This document shows, one piece after another, positions 1-7,998 of a stretch of 25,717 nucleotides of DNA. The position numbers and the translations under genes were made by a program. The notes below the pieces were generated by a model that made no database searches, was not told where the DNA came from, and saw only the letters and a list, made by a program, of their open reading frames with translations. Source of the DNA: a virus. Lineage: Duplodnaviria; Caudoviricetes. The DNA lies in IMG/VR virus record IMGVR_UViG_3300025128_000293, positions 1-25,717 of that record. One strand, given 5' to 3'. Position 1 is the stretch's first letter. Every line of letters starts with the position of its first letter.

Positions 1-2
1 AC

Positions 3-179
3 GATGCGTTCTATATCTTGACAGACGTGCCAAACGGCATGAAAATGTTCAACAGAGCACCGTTGACAACTGCAATGGAAGGTGATTTCGACACTGGCAA
101 CGTAAGATACAAAGCTAGAGAAAGATACTCATTTGGAGTATCAGACCCTAGAGGTATTTTCGCGTCACCAGGTGCGTAA
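3..179 (+). CDS. Major capsid protein, C-terminal fragment (5'-truncated by window; Mu gpT-like head-subunit type)
   Basis: Hand translation of frame 3: DAFYILTDVPNGMKMFNRAPLTTAMEGDFDTGNVRYKARERYSFGVSDPRGIFASPGA* (TAA 177-179, second TAA follows). The 'EGDFDTGNVRYKARERYSFG.SDPRG' end matches what I recall for capsids of this phage group. Followed by a strong terminator. Not in ORF track. Confidence 0.85.
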   Translation, partial: DAFYILTDVPNGMKMFNRAPLTTAMEGDFDTGNVRYKARERYSFGVSDPRGIFASPGA

Positions 180-191
180 TAACTAATTAAG

Positions 192-220
192 AAGGGGGCT
201 GTTGAAGGCCCCCTTTTTTT
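192..220 (+). terminator. Rho-independent terminator after capsid gene
   Basis: Stem AAGGGGGCT (192-200) / GGCCCCCTT (207-215), loop GTTGAA, T7 run 214-220. Confidence 0.85.
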
Positions 221-240
221 ATGGTAGAGAAGAGGGATTC

Positions 241-501
241 ATGAAGACATTTCGTATACAAATCAGAGCATACGGCTATTATGCAGACTTTGAACTTGCG
301 TCAGAGGATGATGATAAAGCGTTTGAAAATGCACTAGTTGACAAACTAGGAAAAAATGATATTGTGTGGGAAAAAGATGGATTCATTGATTCATCTAAGT
401 TATGGCTAACTTATGAGGAGACCATAAATGCAAACTCAAGTGAGAGACCTTTACAAAATGAAGAGGAGTCTCGAAACAGAATGGGCGGTGCAACAGCGTG
501 A
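241..501 (+). CDS. Hypothetical protein (86 aa, acidic)
   Basis: Track ORF 202..501. The TTG at 202 lies in the terminator loop, so ATG 241 (MKTFRIQIRAYGYY...) preceded by purine-rich GAAGAGGGA is the likelier start. The last 74 nt overlap the next ORF. Confidence 0.6.
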   Translation: MKTFRIQIRAYGYYADFELASEDDDKAFENALVDKLGKNDIVWEKDGFIDSSKLWLTYEETINANSSERPLQNEEESRNRMGGATA

Positions 502-646
502 TAACCAAAGGTATACTTTGGATATGGTAAGAATCGACAACAAAATTAGAGAAGTTGTTAATGCTATTAAGATAGAAGAAGCTAAAATAGCTAATCTTAC
601 TAACAAAATTGAAGACGCAGCACCTGAAGTTTCAGTAGCTACTTAG
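428..646 (+). CDS. Hypothetical small coiled-coil protein (72 aa)
   Basis: SD GAGGAG at 415-420, ATG 428; helical heptad-like sequence (RIDNKIREVVNAIKIEEAKIANLTNKIE). Confidence 0.7.
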   Translation: MQTQVRDLYKMKRSLETEWAVQQRDNQRYTLDMVRIDNKIREVVNAIKIEEAKIANLTNKIEDAAPEVSVAT

Positions 647-691
647 TAAAAAAGCTACATCGCTGAAAACGTACTTTCACTACGCAATCTC

Positions 692-720
692 TTGCACTTC
701 ATTATAATCTGCTATATAAA
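692..720 (+). promoter_or_regulatory. Putative sigma70-type promoter
   Basis: TTGCAC (692-697) - 17 nt - TATAAA (715-720), in the intergenic gap upstream of the structured leader and ORF 806. Confidence 0.6.
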
Positions 721-741
721 ATACCCACTATACAATTTAAA

Positions 742-797
742 GATCATAGACGCGTATAGTCGACGGCCTAGAGACTATGATCGTATAAACTAGGAGG
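742..797 (+). ncRNA. Structured cis-regulatory leader RNA (hairpin/pseudoknot; candidate Mu-gpT-DE-like motif)
   Basis: Perfect 8-bp stem GATCATAG (742-749)/CTATGATC (775-782) enclosing three GAC triplets. Loop CCTAG (767-771) is complementary to CTAGG (790-794), which overlaps SD AGGAGG (792-797). Lies downstream of a gpT-like capsid gene. The family name is an inference. Confidence 0.55.
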
Positions 798-805
798 ATA
801 TAAAT

Positions 806-1327
806 ATGGCAAAAACAACGTTTTCAGGACCGGTGATTTCCAAAAATGGATTTCAAAACTTCGGACCTGGCATGACAGTTAGCTTAACAGCTGACACAAC
901 TTTGACAGTTGCTACACACGCAGGTAAGATCTTACTTACAAATGATGCTGACGGTAAATTTACTTTACCAAGTATTAATGTAAATAGTAATGGTGCTACT
1001 GCAGGTGATACTGACTTCAATAACTTAAATAACATTGGTGCAACTTTTCACTTTTTTGTGGAAACAGCTGCAACTGATATGGACATCAAAACAGATGGTA
1101 CTGATAAATTTATTGGTGCAGTTATGATTGGTGTTAATGACGGTTCGAAAAAAGCTTTCGTATCCGACAGTTCAAGTAATGATGTTATGACTATGAACGG
1201 TTCTACAAAAGGTGGAATCGCTGGTAGTGTGGTATCTTTTACTGCGGTTGATACTAATAGATATATGGTTCACAATTCTTTATTGATTGGATCAGGTACT
1301 ATAGTAACACCATTCGCAGACGCGTAA
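806..1327 (+). CDS. Virion structural protein, putative capsid decoration/minor capsid protein (173 aa)
   Basis: Strong SD AGGAGG; 'MAKTTFSGPV' N-terminus recalled as typical of the post-capsid gene in these phages; beta-rich T/G/S composition; followed by a stable hairpin. Confidence 0.6.
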   Translation: MAKTTFSGPVISKNGFQNFGPGMTVSLTADTTLTVATHAGKILLTNDADGKFTLPSINVNSNGATAGDTDFNNLNNIGATFHFFVETAATDMDIKTDGTDKFIGAVMIGVNDGSKKAFVSDSSSNDVMTMNGSTKGGIAGSVVSFTAVDTNRYMVHNSLLIGSGTIVTPFADA

Positions 1328-1336
1328 TAAGTAATT

Positions 1337-1360
1337 AGTGTGGGGCTTCGGCCCCATACT
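1337..1360 (+). terminator. Stable UUCG hairpin (terminator-like or RNA stability element)
   Basis: AGTGTGGGGC-TTCG-GCCCCATACT, 10-bp stem (one G-U) with C(UUCG)G loop; no canonical U-tract downstream (TAAAATTT). Confidence 0.65.
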
Positions 1361-1381
1361 TAAAATTTAAGGAGATAAAAT

Positions 1382-1681
1382 ATGGTAAGTGACCAAAAAA
1401 CTTTACACATGGATACTATTGGTTCTAATACTTTATCAAGAGCTGGCAGAGCTAGAATTACTTCTATTCAAGGAAAAGGAATAGCAAGTTCTGTTCTTAA
1501 GTTGCACGATTGCGCAACTACAGGCGAGGCAGATTCTGGTAATTTAGTGGCTACATATAAGTATAACACTGAAGGTTTAGAAGTATACATTCCTGGTTCA
1601 GGAATTCTTTTTGAAGATGGAATAGTATTTCATTTAACTGGATCAAGTGGAAGTGTTACTGTAACTATTACAGGAGCATAA
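1382..1681 (+). CDS. Small virion structural protein (99 aa)
   Basis: SD AAGGAG; beta-rich, C-terminal 'YIPGSGILFEDGI' pattern; position in structural operon. Confidence 0.6.
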   Translation: MVSDQKTLHMDTIGSNTLSRAGRARITSIQGKGIASSVLKLHDCATTGEADSGNLVATYKYNTEGLEVYIPGSGILFEDGIVFHLTGSSGSVTVTITGA

Positions 1682-1682
1682 A

Positions 1683-2435
1683 GTGGCTAATACTACTTCT
1701 GGAACAACTACGTTCGACAAAACTTTTGCTATTGATGAAATAATAGAAGAAGCTCACGAACGTATTGGTCTACAAAATGTAGCTGGTTATCAACTAAAAT
1801 CAGCAAGAAGATCTCTTAATATATTGTTTCAAGAGTGGGGCAATAGAGGTATTCACTATTGGGAAATTGGATCTACAAACTTAGATTTAATTGAAGGACA
1901 AGCCGATTACAATTTTTTTAGAGCAACCGGAGACGGAACAAGTGCAAGCACAACTGCACCTGCAGATGTATACGGAATGTCAGATGTATTAGAAGCACAG
2001 TTAAGATCTAATAGAACACAAACAACACAGGCAGATTCTCCCATGACAAAAGTAGATAGATCTACTTATGCAGGATTTTCAAACAAACTTTCAAAAGGAA
2101 CACCCAATCAATATTGGGTTGAGAGATTTGTAGATAAAGTAACCATACACGTTTATCCAACACCAGATTCTACAAATGCATCAAAAGACATGCATTTTTA
2201 TTTTATAAAAAGAATTCAAGATGTTGGAGACTATACAAATGCAACAGATGTTCCATTTAGATTTGTTCCTTGTATGGTATCAGGATTAGCCTATTATCTT
2301 GCACAAAAATATAAACCAGAATTAGTTCAAGCTATGAAATTAATGTATGAAGATGAATTAGCTAGAGCTTTAGCAGAGGATGGGTCAGCTTCGAGTACGT
2401 ATATTACTCCTAAAGCTTATTACCCAAGCACATAA
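1683..2435 (+). CDS. Putative head-tail adaptor / tail tubular-type protein (250 aa)
   Basis: GTG start next to upstream stop; helical N-terminus (IDEIIEEAHERIG...ARRSLNILFQEWGNRG), 'GTPNQYWV...VYPTPD', and C-terminal 'PFRFVPCMVSGLAYYLA', a layout typical of podovirus adaptor proteins. Confidence 0.6.
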   Translation: MANTTSGTTTFDKTFAIDEIIEEAHERIGLQNVAGYQLKSARRSLNILFQEWGNRGIHYWEIGSTNLDLIEGQADYNFFRATGDGTSASTTAPADVYGMSDVLEAQLRSNRTQTTQADSPMTKVDRSTYAGFSNKLSKGTPNQYWVERFVDKVTIHVYPTPDSTNASKDMHFYFIKRIQDVGDYTNATDVPFRFVPCMVSGLAYYLAQKYKPELVQAMKLMYEDELARALAEDGSASSTYITPKAYYPST

Positions 2436-3025
2436 TGCCAAAATACGCATCGGGTAAATACGCAAAAGCTATATCAGATAGATCAGGTTTAGAATTTCCA
2501 TACAATGAAATGGTTAAAGAATGGAATGGATCTTTAGTTCATATGTCTGAGTACGAACCAAAACAACCACAATTAGAACCAAAGCCAATGAGTGCTGATG
2601 CAATATCTCTCGCAAACATAAGACCTGATAGAATAGAAAACGCTGTGCCTTATTTATTACCTACAGATGCTTTTGAAACTTATGCTGCAAGTTCTAGAAT
2701 TATAAATGTAACAGCGCCTGGTCACGGATTAACAACTGCAACAACATATAGATTTAGAGGAGCACCCTTAGCAGTGACAGCTGCTGGAGGTCGTTTTCAG
2801 TTTACGGACCCAGAAAATTTTGATGGTATATCTGGATCTAATATTGCAAAAGCTGCTGGTTATACAATTACAACAGGATTATATGTAGATGATGCTAGAG
2901 TTTCTACAGACTACGCTGTAGCAAATTTCTTCTTCTTTACAGTTGATACAGATACTGCTACAAAAGGAGGAGTATCAGGAGGAGGAATAGGATGTTCAGT
3001 TGGACCCGTTACATTGAGTGCATAA
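2435..3025 (+). CDS. Conserved phage protein in tail module (196 aa)
   Basis: TAATG-coupled; N-terminal 'YASGKYAKAISDRSGLEFPY.EMVKEWNG..V...EYEPKQPQL' domain plus a beta-rich C-terminal domain ('NVTAPGHGL'). Confidence 0.7.
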   Translation: MPKYASGKYAKAISDRSGLEFPYNEMVKEWNGSLVHMSEYEPKQPQLEPKPMSADAISLANIRPDRIENAVPYLLPTDAFETYAASSRIINVTAPGHGLTTATTYRFRGAPLAVTAAGGRFQFTDPENFDGISGSNIAKAAGYTITTGLYVDDARVSTDYAVANFFFFTVDTDTATKGGVSGGGIGCSVGPVTLSA

Positions 3026-3120
3026 AAATTTTTTGGTATAGATTAAGAAGAAAACAACATTGTTGGATTCACGCTAGTTATACGGTTAGCTGTGAGTTTT
3101 GTAAAAGGATAGCAGCATAA
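2992..3120 (+). CDS. Small Cys/His peptide (42 aa), putative zinc-binding
   Basis: Hand translation: MFSWTRYIECIKIFWYRLRRKQHCWIHASYTVSCEFCKRIAA*. SD-like GGAGGA at 2981-2986; stop overlaps ATG 3120 (TAATG); CxxH-x6-CxxC motif. Below the track length cut-off. Confidence 0.5.
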   Translation: MFSWTRYIECIKIFWYRLRRKQHCWIHASYTVSCEFCKRIAA

Positions 3121-3830
3121 TGGCAGGAATTAGTTATACCACTTTAGTTACACAAATTAGAAACTACACAGAAGTAGATTCAAATGTTTTTACTGCAGAT
3201 CAATTAGAAAATGTTATTTTAAACGCACAATATAGAATTATGCGTGATGTTCCTATTGATGCAGATAGAAAACAACAATCAGGAAATTTAGTTACAGGAC
3301 AAGAAAGTATTAATGCTCCAGGCGGATCATTATTTATCAGGGGTATTCAAGTTTATGATTCTACAAGTGCAACAACAGGTGCAAACTCTTGGTTAGAAAA
3401 GAAAGACGTTACTTATTTACAAGAATATGTTCCATCAACAGAATCTGCAAAAAGAGGTAAACCGAAATACTATGCTTCTTTTGGTGGTGCTACGGGAGAT
3501 GGTGATACTAATTCTGGACGTATATATTTATCCCCAACACCAGATAGTACTTATAAATTTAGAGTGCATTACAATAAAATGCCAGCTACCTTGGCTTCTG
3601 ATAATACCACTAACTACATTAGCTTGAACTTCCCAAATGGCTTATTATTTGCTTGTTTAGCAGAGGCTTTTGCCTTTTTAAAAGGCCCTATGGATATGTT
3701 GACACTTTATGAAAACAAGTATAAACAGGAGATACAGAAGTTTGCTAATGAGCAAGTTGGAAGACGAAGAAGAGATGACTATACTGATGGTACAGTCAGA
3801 ATACCAATCAACTCAGCAAACCCGTTATAG
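3120..3830 (+). CDS. Putative tail tubular/adaptor protein (236 aa)
   Basis: 'SYTTLVTQIRNYTE' N-terminus, 'GKPKYYA...YLSPTPDSTY...HY', 'LLFACLAEAFAFLKG'; same overall layout as ORF 1683 (PxxY...PTPD), suggesting the adaptor fold. Confidence 0.6.
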   Translation: MAGISYTTLVTQIRNYTEVDSNVFTADQLENVILNAQYRIMRDVPIDADRKQQSGNLVTGQESINAPGGSLFIRGIQVYDSTSATTGANSWLEKKDVTYLQEYVPSTESAKRGKPKYYASFGGATGDGDTNSGRIYLSPTPDSTYKFRVHYNKMPATLASDNTTNYISLNFPNGLLFACLAEAFAFLKGPMDMLTLYENKYKQEIQKFANEQVGRRRRDDYTDGTVRIPINSANPL

Positions 3831-3840
3831 GAGATAAAAT

Positions 3841-4293
3841 ATGGCAAATACATCAGCAATCTGTTCAAGTTTCAAACAAGAACTTTTACAAGGTAAACAC
3901 AATTTTTCATCATCAGGTGGTGATACTTTTAAAATTGCGTTATTTGATAGTGATGCAACATTAGGTGCTTCTACTACAGACTATTCAACTTCTGAAGAAA
4001 TTACAAATACATCTGGATCTGCATACACAGCAGGTGGAGCTTCTCTTACAAGATCAGGAGTTTCTTTATCTTCAACAACTGCGTTTACAGATTTTTCTGA
4101 TGTAACTTATACTTCTGCAACGTTCACAGCGAACGCAGCTTTAATCTACAACACAACAACGGGAACTGGATCAAGTACAACAGATGCAGTTTGCGCGATT
4201 GCTTTTGGTGGAGATAAAACTGCAACTAACGGAACGTTTACAATTCAATTTCCTACAGCAGACGCTACAAACGCAATCATAAGATTAGCGTAA
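3841..4293 (+). CDS. Virion structural protein (150 aa), tail-associated
   Basis: SD AGGAG; 'AICSSFKQELLQGKHNF...TFKIALF...YTAGGASL...DFSD...ALIYN...FGGDKT..GTFTIQFP' pattern recalled from marine phage tail modules. Confidence 0.65.
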   Translation: MANTSAICSSFKQELLQGKHNFSSSGGDTFKIALFDSDATLGASTTDYSTSEEITNTSGSAYTAGGASLTRSGVSLSSTTAFTDFSDVTYTSATFTANAALIYNTTTGTGSSTTDAVCAIAFGGDKTATNGTFTIQFPTADATNAIIRLA

Positions 4294-4303
4294 GGAGGAC
4301 TAG

Positions 4304-5272
4304 ATGTCCGACGTATCTTCAGGATGGGGTCGATTCACCTGGGGACAGGCTCAGTGGAACGAAGACGCATTACTCGCTACAGGTTGGGGTGCTAAATCTT
4401 GGAACAGCGGTGAGTGGGGTAATCTTGCTGATGAAACAGTTTCATTAACAGGTGTATCATTTTCAGCTTCTTTAGGATCAGTTACTATAGTAAGTACAAA
4501 TATTATTATTCCAACTGGAATTTCTTTTACAGGATCCGTTGGTTCTATATCACCAGTCATTCCAAAAACAGTTGAATTAGCAGGAGTATCTTTTCAATCA
4601 ACATTAGACACAGGATCTAGTATTTCTGGAACAGCTCTTGTTCAACCATCTGGAGTTTCTTCAACTTTTGCAAACGGTGTAATTACACCTGCAGATCAAG
4701 TTATGGGCCTAACGGGTCAGTCAGCTACTTTCTCTCAAGGAACTGCAGTTGCACCAAATGAAGATGTAACTTTAACTGGTCAAGCAATAACCTCATCTCA
4801 AGGAACAGCAATAGGATTTGGTGGTAGTATTGTTTTTCCATCAGCACTTACTATTACATCAGCACAAGGAACTGCTATCGCTCCAAATAATGCACAAACA
4901 TTATCAGGTCAACAAGCAGAACTTTCTGTTGGATCTCTTGTAGGACTAGGTTCTGCAGTTGCAGATTTAACAGGTATTTCTATGACAGGATCAGTAGGTT
5001 CACCAACTATAGCAGATCAAGTTATGGGTTTAACTGGAGTTTCCTTTACAGGATCCGTAGGGTCATTAGATGTAGCAGATCAAGTAGTTGGATTAACTGG
5101 AATATCTATGACTATAAGCCTTGGAACACCATTTATTAAAGCTTACGCAGATATTGACACGGGCTCAAATACTTCTTATAGTAATGTTTCAACGGGTTCG
5201 AATACTTCTTATTCGGATGTTGCAACTGGCTCAAATACAAGCTATAACGACGTAACAGGAGAAGCAGCTTAA
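4304..5272 (+). CDS. Repetitive tail/fibre-associated structural protein (322 aa)
   Basis: SD AAGGAGG; N-terminal Trp-Gly motifs, about 19-20-aa repeats 'LTG(V/I/Q)S(F/M)TGSVGS', C-terminal 3x TGSNTSY; extremely few Lys/Arg. Confidence 0.65.
   Translation: MSDVSSGWGRFTWGQAQWNEDALLATGWGAKSWNSGEWGNLADETVSLTGVSFSASLGSVTIVSTNIIIPTGISFTGSVGSISPVIPKTVELAGVSFQSTLDTGSSISGTALVQPSGVSSTFANGVITPADQVMGLTGQSATFSQGTAVAPNEDVTLTGQAITSSQGTAIGFGGSIVFPSALTITSAQGTAIAPNNAQTLSGQQAELSVGSLVGLGSAVADLTGISMTGSVGSPTIADQVMGLTGVSFTGSVGSLDVADQVVGLTGISMTISLGTPFIKAYADIDTGSNTSYSNVSTGSNTSYSDVATGSNTSYNDVTGEAA
5158..5247 (+). repeat. Three imperfect 33-nt tandem coding repeats (TGSNTSY core)
   Basis: DTGSNTSYSNV-STGSNTSYSDV-ATGSNTSYNDV; DNA cores ACGGGCTCAAATACTTCTTAT / ACGGGTTCGAATACTTCTTAT / ACTGGCTCAAATACAAGCTAT. 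Confidence 0.85.
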
Positions 5273-6642
5273 TGGCATCGACATATACACCTCTCGGTAT
5301 TGAACTTCAGGCAACTGGTGAAAATGCGGGTACATGGGGTACAAAAACAAATACTAACTTAAGTATTGTAGAACAAATAGCAGGGGGCTATAAAGCTCAA
5401 TCTATTGCAGGTGGTGCTCAAACCACAACTTTATCTGTTTCTGATGGATCAACAGGCGCAACTCTTGCACACAGAGTTATAGAATTTACAGGTTCAATTA
5501 CAGGAAACCAAGTCGTTACAATTCCAATAGATGTAGAAAACTTTTTTATTTTAAAAAATTCAACATCAGGTGCATACACAGTACAATTTAAATACGTAAC
5601 TGGATCAGGTGCATCAGTTACATTTTCAGCTACACAGAAATCTACAAAAATAATTTATTGTGAAGGTTCAACTAATACTGCAACTAACCCAAATATTTAT
5701 GAAGTATCAACTGCAAGTGATGTAGTTGATGATACATCACCACAATTAGGTGGTAACTTAGACACTAATTCTTTCATGATTGACTTTGATGATGATCACG
5801 GTCTTAGAGATGAAAATGGAAATGAACAATTAATTTTTCAAACGACATCTTCTGCTGTTAATCACATTGAAATGACAAATGCTGCAACAGGCAATGATCC
5901 AAAAGTTGCTGCTGCAGGTGGAGATTCAAACGTTGATTTAGCTATAGCACCAAAAGGATCTGGTGAAGTTGTTGTTGGTACAGGATCAGCTGCTGCAACT
6001 ATTACAACAAGCGGTGCATATGATTTAACTTTAGATACAAATTCAGGAACAAACTCTGGAACGATTACAATTACAGATGGAGCAAACGGAGCAATTACAG
6101 CAACACCAAACGGAACTGGTGAAGTAGTTGTAGGTGGTAACACAAACCCTGGAACACTTGTTTTAAATTGCGAAAGTAACTCCCATGGAATTAAACTTCA
6201 AAGTCCGGCCCACTCAAGCGGTCAATCATACACATTAAAATTTCCTACAGGTAACGTAACAGCAGATAGATTTTTAAAAGTTGCATCAATTACTGGTTCG
6301 GGAACAACGGGTGTTGGTCAATTATCTTTTGCTGAAGTATCAGGTGGTACATCATACCAAGCTGTTAAAACTTCAGGCTTTACTGCAGTAGCGGGAGAAG
6401 GATATTTTTGTAATACAACATCAGCGGCTTTTACAGCAACATTACCTTCATCAGCATCAATTGGTGATGAAGTAACGATTATAGATTACGCAGGTACTTT
6501 TGACTCTAACAATTTAACAGTAGGAAGAAACTCACACAAGATACAGGGTTCTGCAGCAGATTTAACAGTGTCAACCGAGAGAGCAGGTTTTACATTGGTT
6601 TATGTAGATGCAACTCAAGGTTGGCTATTAAAGGATAAATAA
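5272..6642 (+). CDS. Tail fibre protein (456 aa)
   Basis: N-terminal 'MASTY..LGIELQATGENAGTWGTKTNTNL' anchor; 'DTSPQLGGNLDTN' motif; internal repeat APKGSGEVVVG/TPNGTGEVVVG; C-terminal 'AVAGEGYFCNTT..FT.TLP.S..GDEV..IDYAGTFDSNNLTVGRN...LVYVDATQGW' module resembling T4 proximal-fibre/baseplate-type repeats. Confidence 0.75.
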   Translation: MASTYTPLGIELQATGENAGTWGTKTNTNLSIVEQIAGGYKAQSIAGGAQTTTLSVSDGSTGATLAHRVIEFTGSITGNQVVTIPIDVENFFILKNSTSGAYTVQFKYVTGSGASVTFSATQKSTKIIYCEGSTNTATNPNIYEVSTASDVVDDTSPQLGGNLDTNSFMIDFDDDHGLRDENGNEQLIFQTTSSAVNHIEMTNAATGNDPKVAAAGGDSNVDLAIAPKGSGEVVVGTGSAAATITTSGAYDLTLDTNSGTNSGTITITDGANGAITATPNGTGEVVVGGNTNPGTLVLNCESNSHGIKLQSPAHSSGQSYTLKFPTGNVTADRFLKVASITGSGTTGVGQLSFAEVSGGTSYQAVKTSGFTAVAGEGYFCNTTSAAFTATLPSSASIGDEVTIIDYAGTFDSNNLTVGRNSHKIQGSAADLTVSTERAGFTLVYVDATQGWLLKDK

Positions 6643-6647
6643 TAGCT

Positions 6648-7667
6648 ATGTCTGAATATAAAGGTATAAAGGGGTTTCAAGTTCAAACCCGTACATCTGA
6701 TCCAAGTGAAGGAATTGCTGGAGAATTTTACTATAACTCTACAGAAGGACAATTTAAAACTGTAGGCACAGGTGGAGCTCCTATAGGAACATGGGCATCG
6801 GGCGCTAATTTAAACGTAGCTAAGTATGGAAACGCCGGATCAGGAGACGGGAACAATGCAATAACAACCGGTGGATATGCAGATTCAGGTGTACCAGCGG
6901 GTTACAAAGATTTTACCGAACAGTATAATGGAACTGCGTGGACGGAAGTTAATGAGTTAAATGATGCAAGAGGTTTTTTTGGAGGTTCTAATTCATCACC
7001 TTACACTGCTTCAGTAGTTTTTGGAGGTGCCTCTCCACCAGCACTAGCTAAAACTGAAGTTTGGAATGGTTCTACTTGGACTCAAGCTAATGATTTAAAT
7101 ACTGCAAGAATAAATAATGGTGGTTTTGGAGCAACCTCTACAAACGCTTTATGTTGTGGTGGTAATAATCCTGGAGCCCTTGATAAAGTAGAGTCTTGGG
7201 ATGGAACTTCATGGACAGAAAAATCAGAATTTTCAACTAATAGAAGTGAAATGCCGGTGGGAGCTGGCACAAACACAGCAGGTATATTATATGGTGGACA
7301 ATATCCACCAGGTGTAAATGTAACAGCTAACGCAGAAAAATGGGATGGATCATCTTGGACTGAAACAAGTAATTTAAACGTAGCAAAAGCTTATATGGGA
7401 GGTGGTGGATCACAAGATTCTGCATTGGCATATGGCGGAAGAACTAGTGGAACTGGACAAGTTGCAACAAATGAATCTTGGGATGGAACTAGTTGGACAG
7501 AAGTAGCAGATATGGCAACCGCTAGATATCAAGGAATGGGTGTATCTACTACTACCAATACTAGCGCTATGCTTACAGGTGGAGCAATACAAAGTGCACC
7601 GCTTTCTCTTTTAACAGAAACATGGGAAGCGGCAACATTTGAAATTAAATCGGTGACAACAAGTTAA
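6648..7667 (+). CDS. Kelch-like beta-propeller virion protein, one propeller (339 aa); putative receptor-binding protein
   Basis: About 45-50-aa repeats with GG doublet and E-x-(W/Y)-(N/D)-G-(T/S)-x-W-T motif (5 complete plus a split sixth); lies directly after the tail fibre. Confidence 0.7.
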   Translation: MSEYKGIKGFQVQTRTSDPSEGIAGEFYYNSTEGQFKTVGTGGAPIGTWASGANLNVAKYGNAGSGDGNNAITTGGYADSGVPAGYKDFTEQYNGTAWTEVNELNDARGFFGGSNSSPYTASVVFGGASPPALAKTEVWNGSTWTQANDLNTARINNGGFGATSTNALCCGGNNPGALDKVESWDGTSWTEKSEFSTNRSEMPVGAGTNTAGILYGGQYPPGVNVTANAEKWDGSSWTETSNLNVAKAYMGGGGSQDSALAYGGRTSGTGQVATNESWDGTSWTEVADMATARYQGMGVSTTTNTSAMLTGGAIQSAPLSLLTETWEAATFEIKSVTTS

Positions 7668-7703
7668 TTATGATTTATAAACAATCAAAAGGAGGAAGCA
7701 ACT

Positions 7704-7988
7704 ATGGCATATAAATACTGTACAGCGACTAACTGGGGTAAAGGTTTTTTCACTCACGAAGAGAGAAAACAATTTCACCTTTCAGGTCATCCTGGTGAAG
7801 TATGGGTTGTAGGCGATAATCTTTACGGTGATCAATGGATTAGTAAAGTTAGTGGTGCTATTAAATCGAAAGATGAAGCACAAGCTATCGTTACTGGTGA
7901 AATCGAAGCAGCACAAGCTGCATACGATGCATTGTCAGCTGAAGAACAAGCTGCAAAACCAAGACCAGTCGTATATAATCTTCCATAG
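7704..7988 (+). CDS. Hypothetical protein (94 aa), possible fibre assembly factor
   Basis: Strong SD AAGGAGG; located between propeller genes; Trp-containing N-domain and Ala/Glu-rich helix. Confidence 0.7.
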   Translation: MAYKYCTATNWGKGFFTHEERKQFHLSGHPGEVWVVGDNLYGDQWISKVSGAIKSKDEAQAIVTGEIEAAQAAYDALSAEEQAAKPRPVVYNLP

Positions 7989-7998
7989 TCTTTAACCT

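Noticed and set aside
202-240. Track start of first ORF at TTG 202
   Set aside because: Falls inside the terminator hairpin; ATG 241 is better supported.
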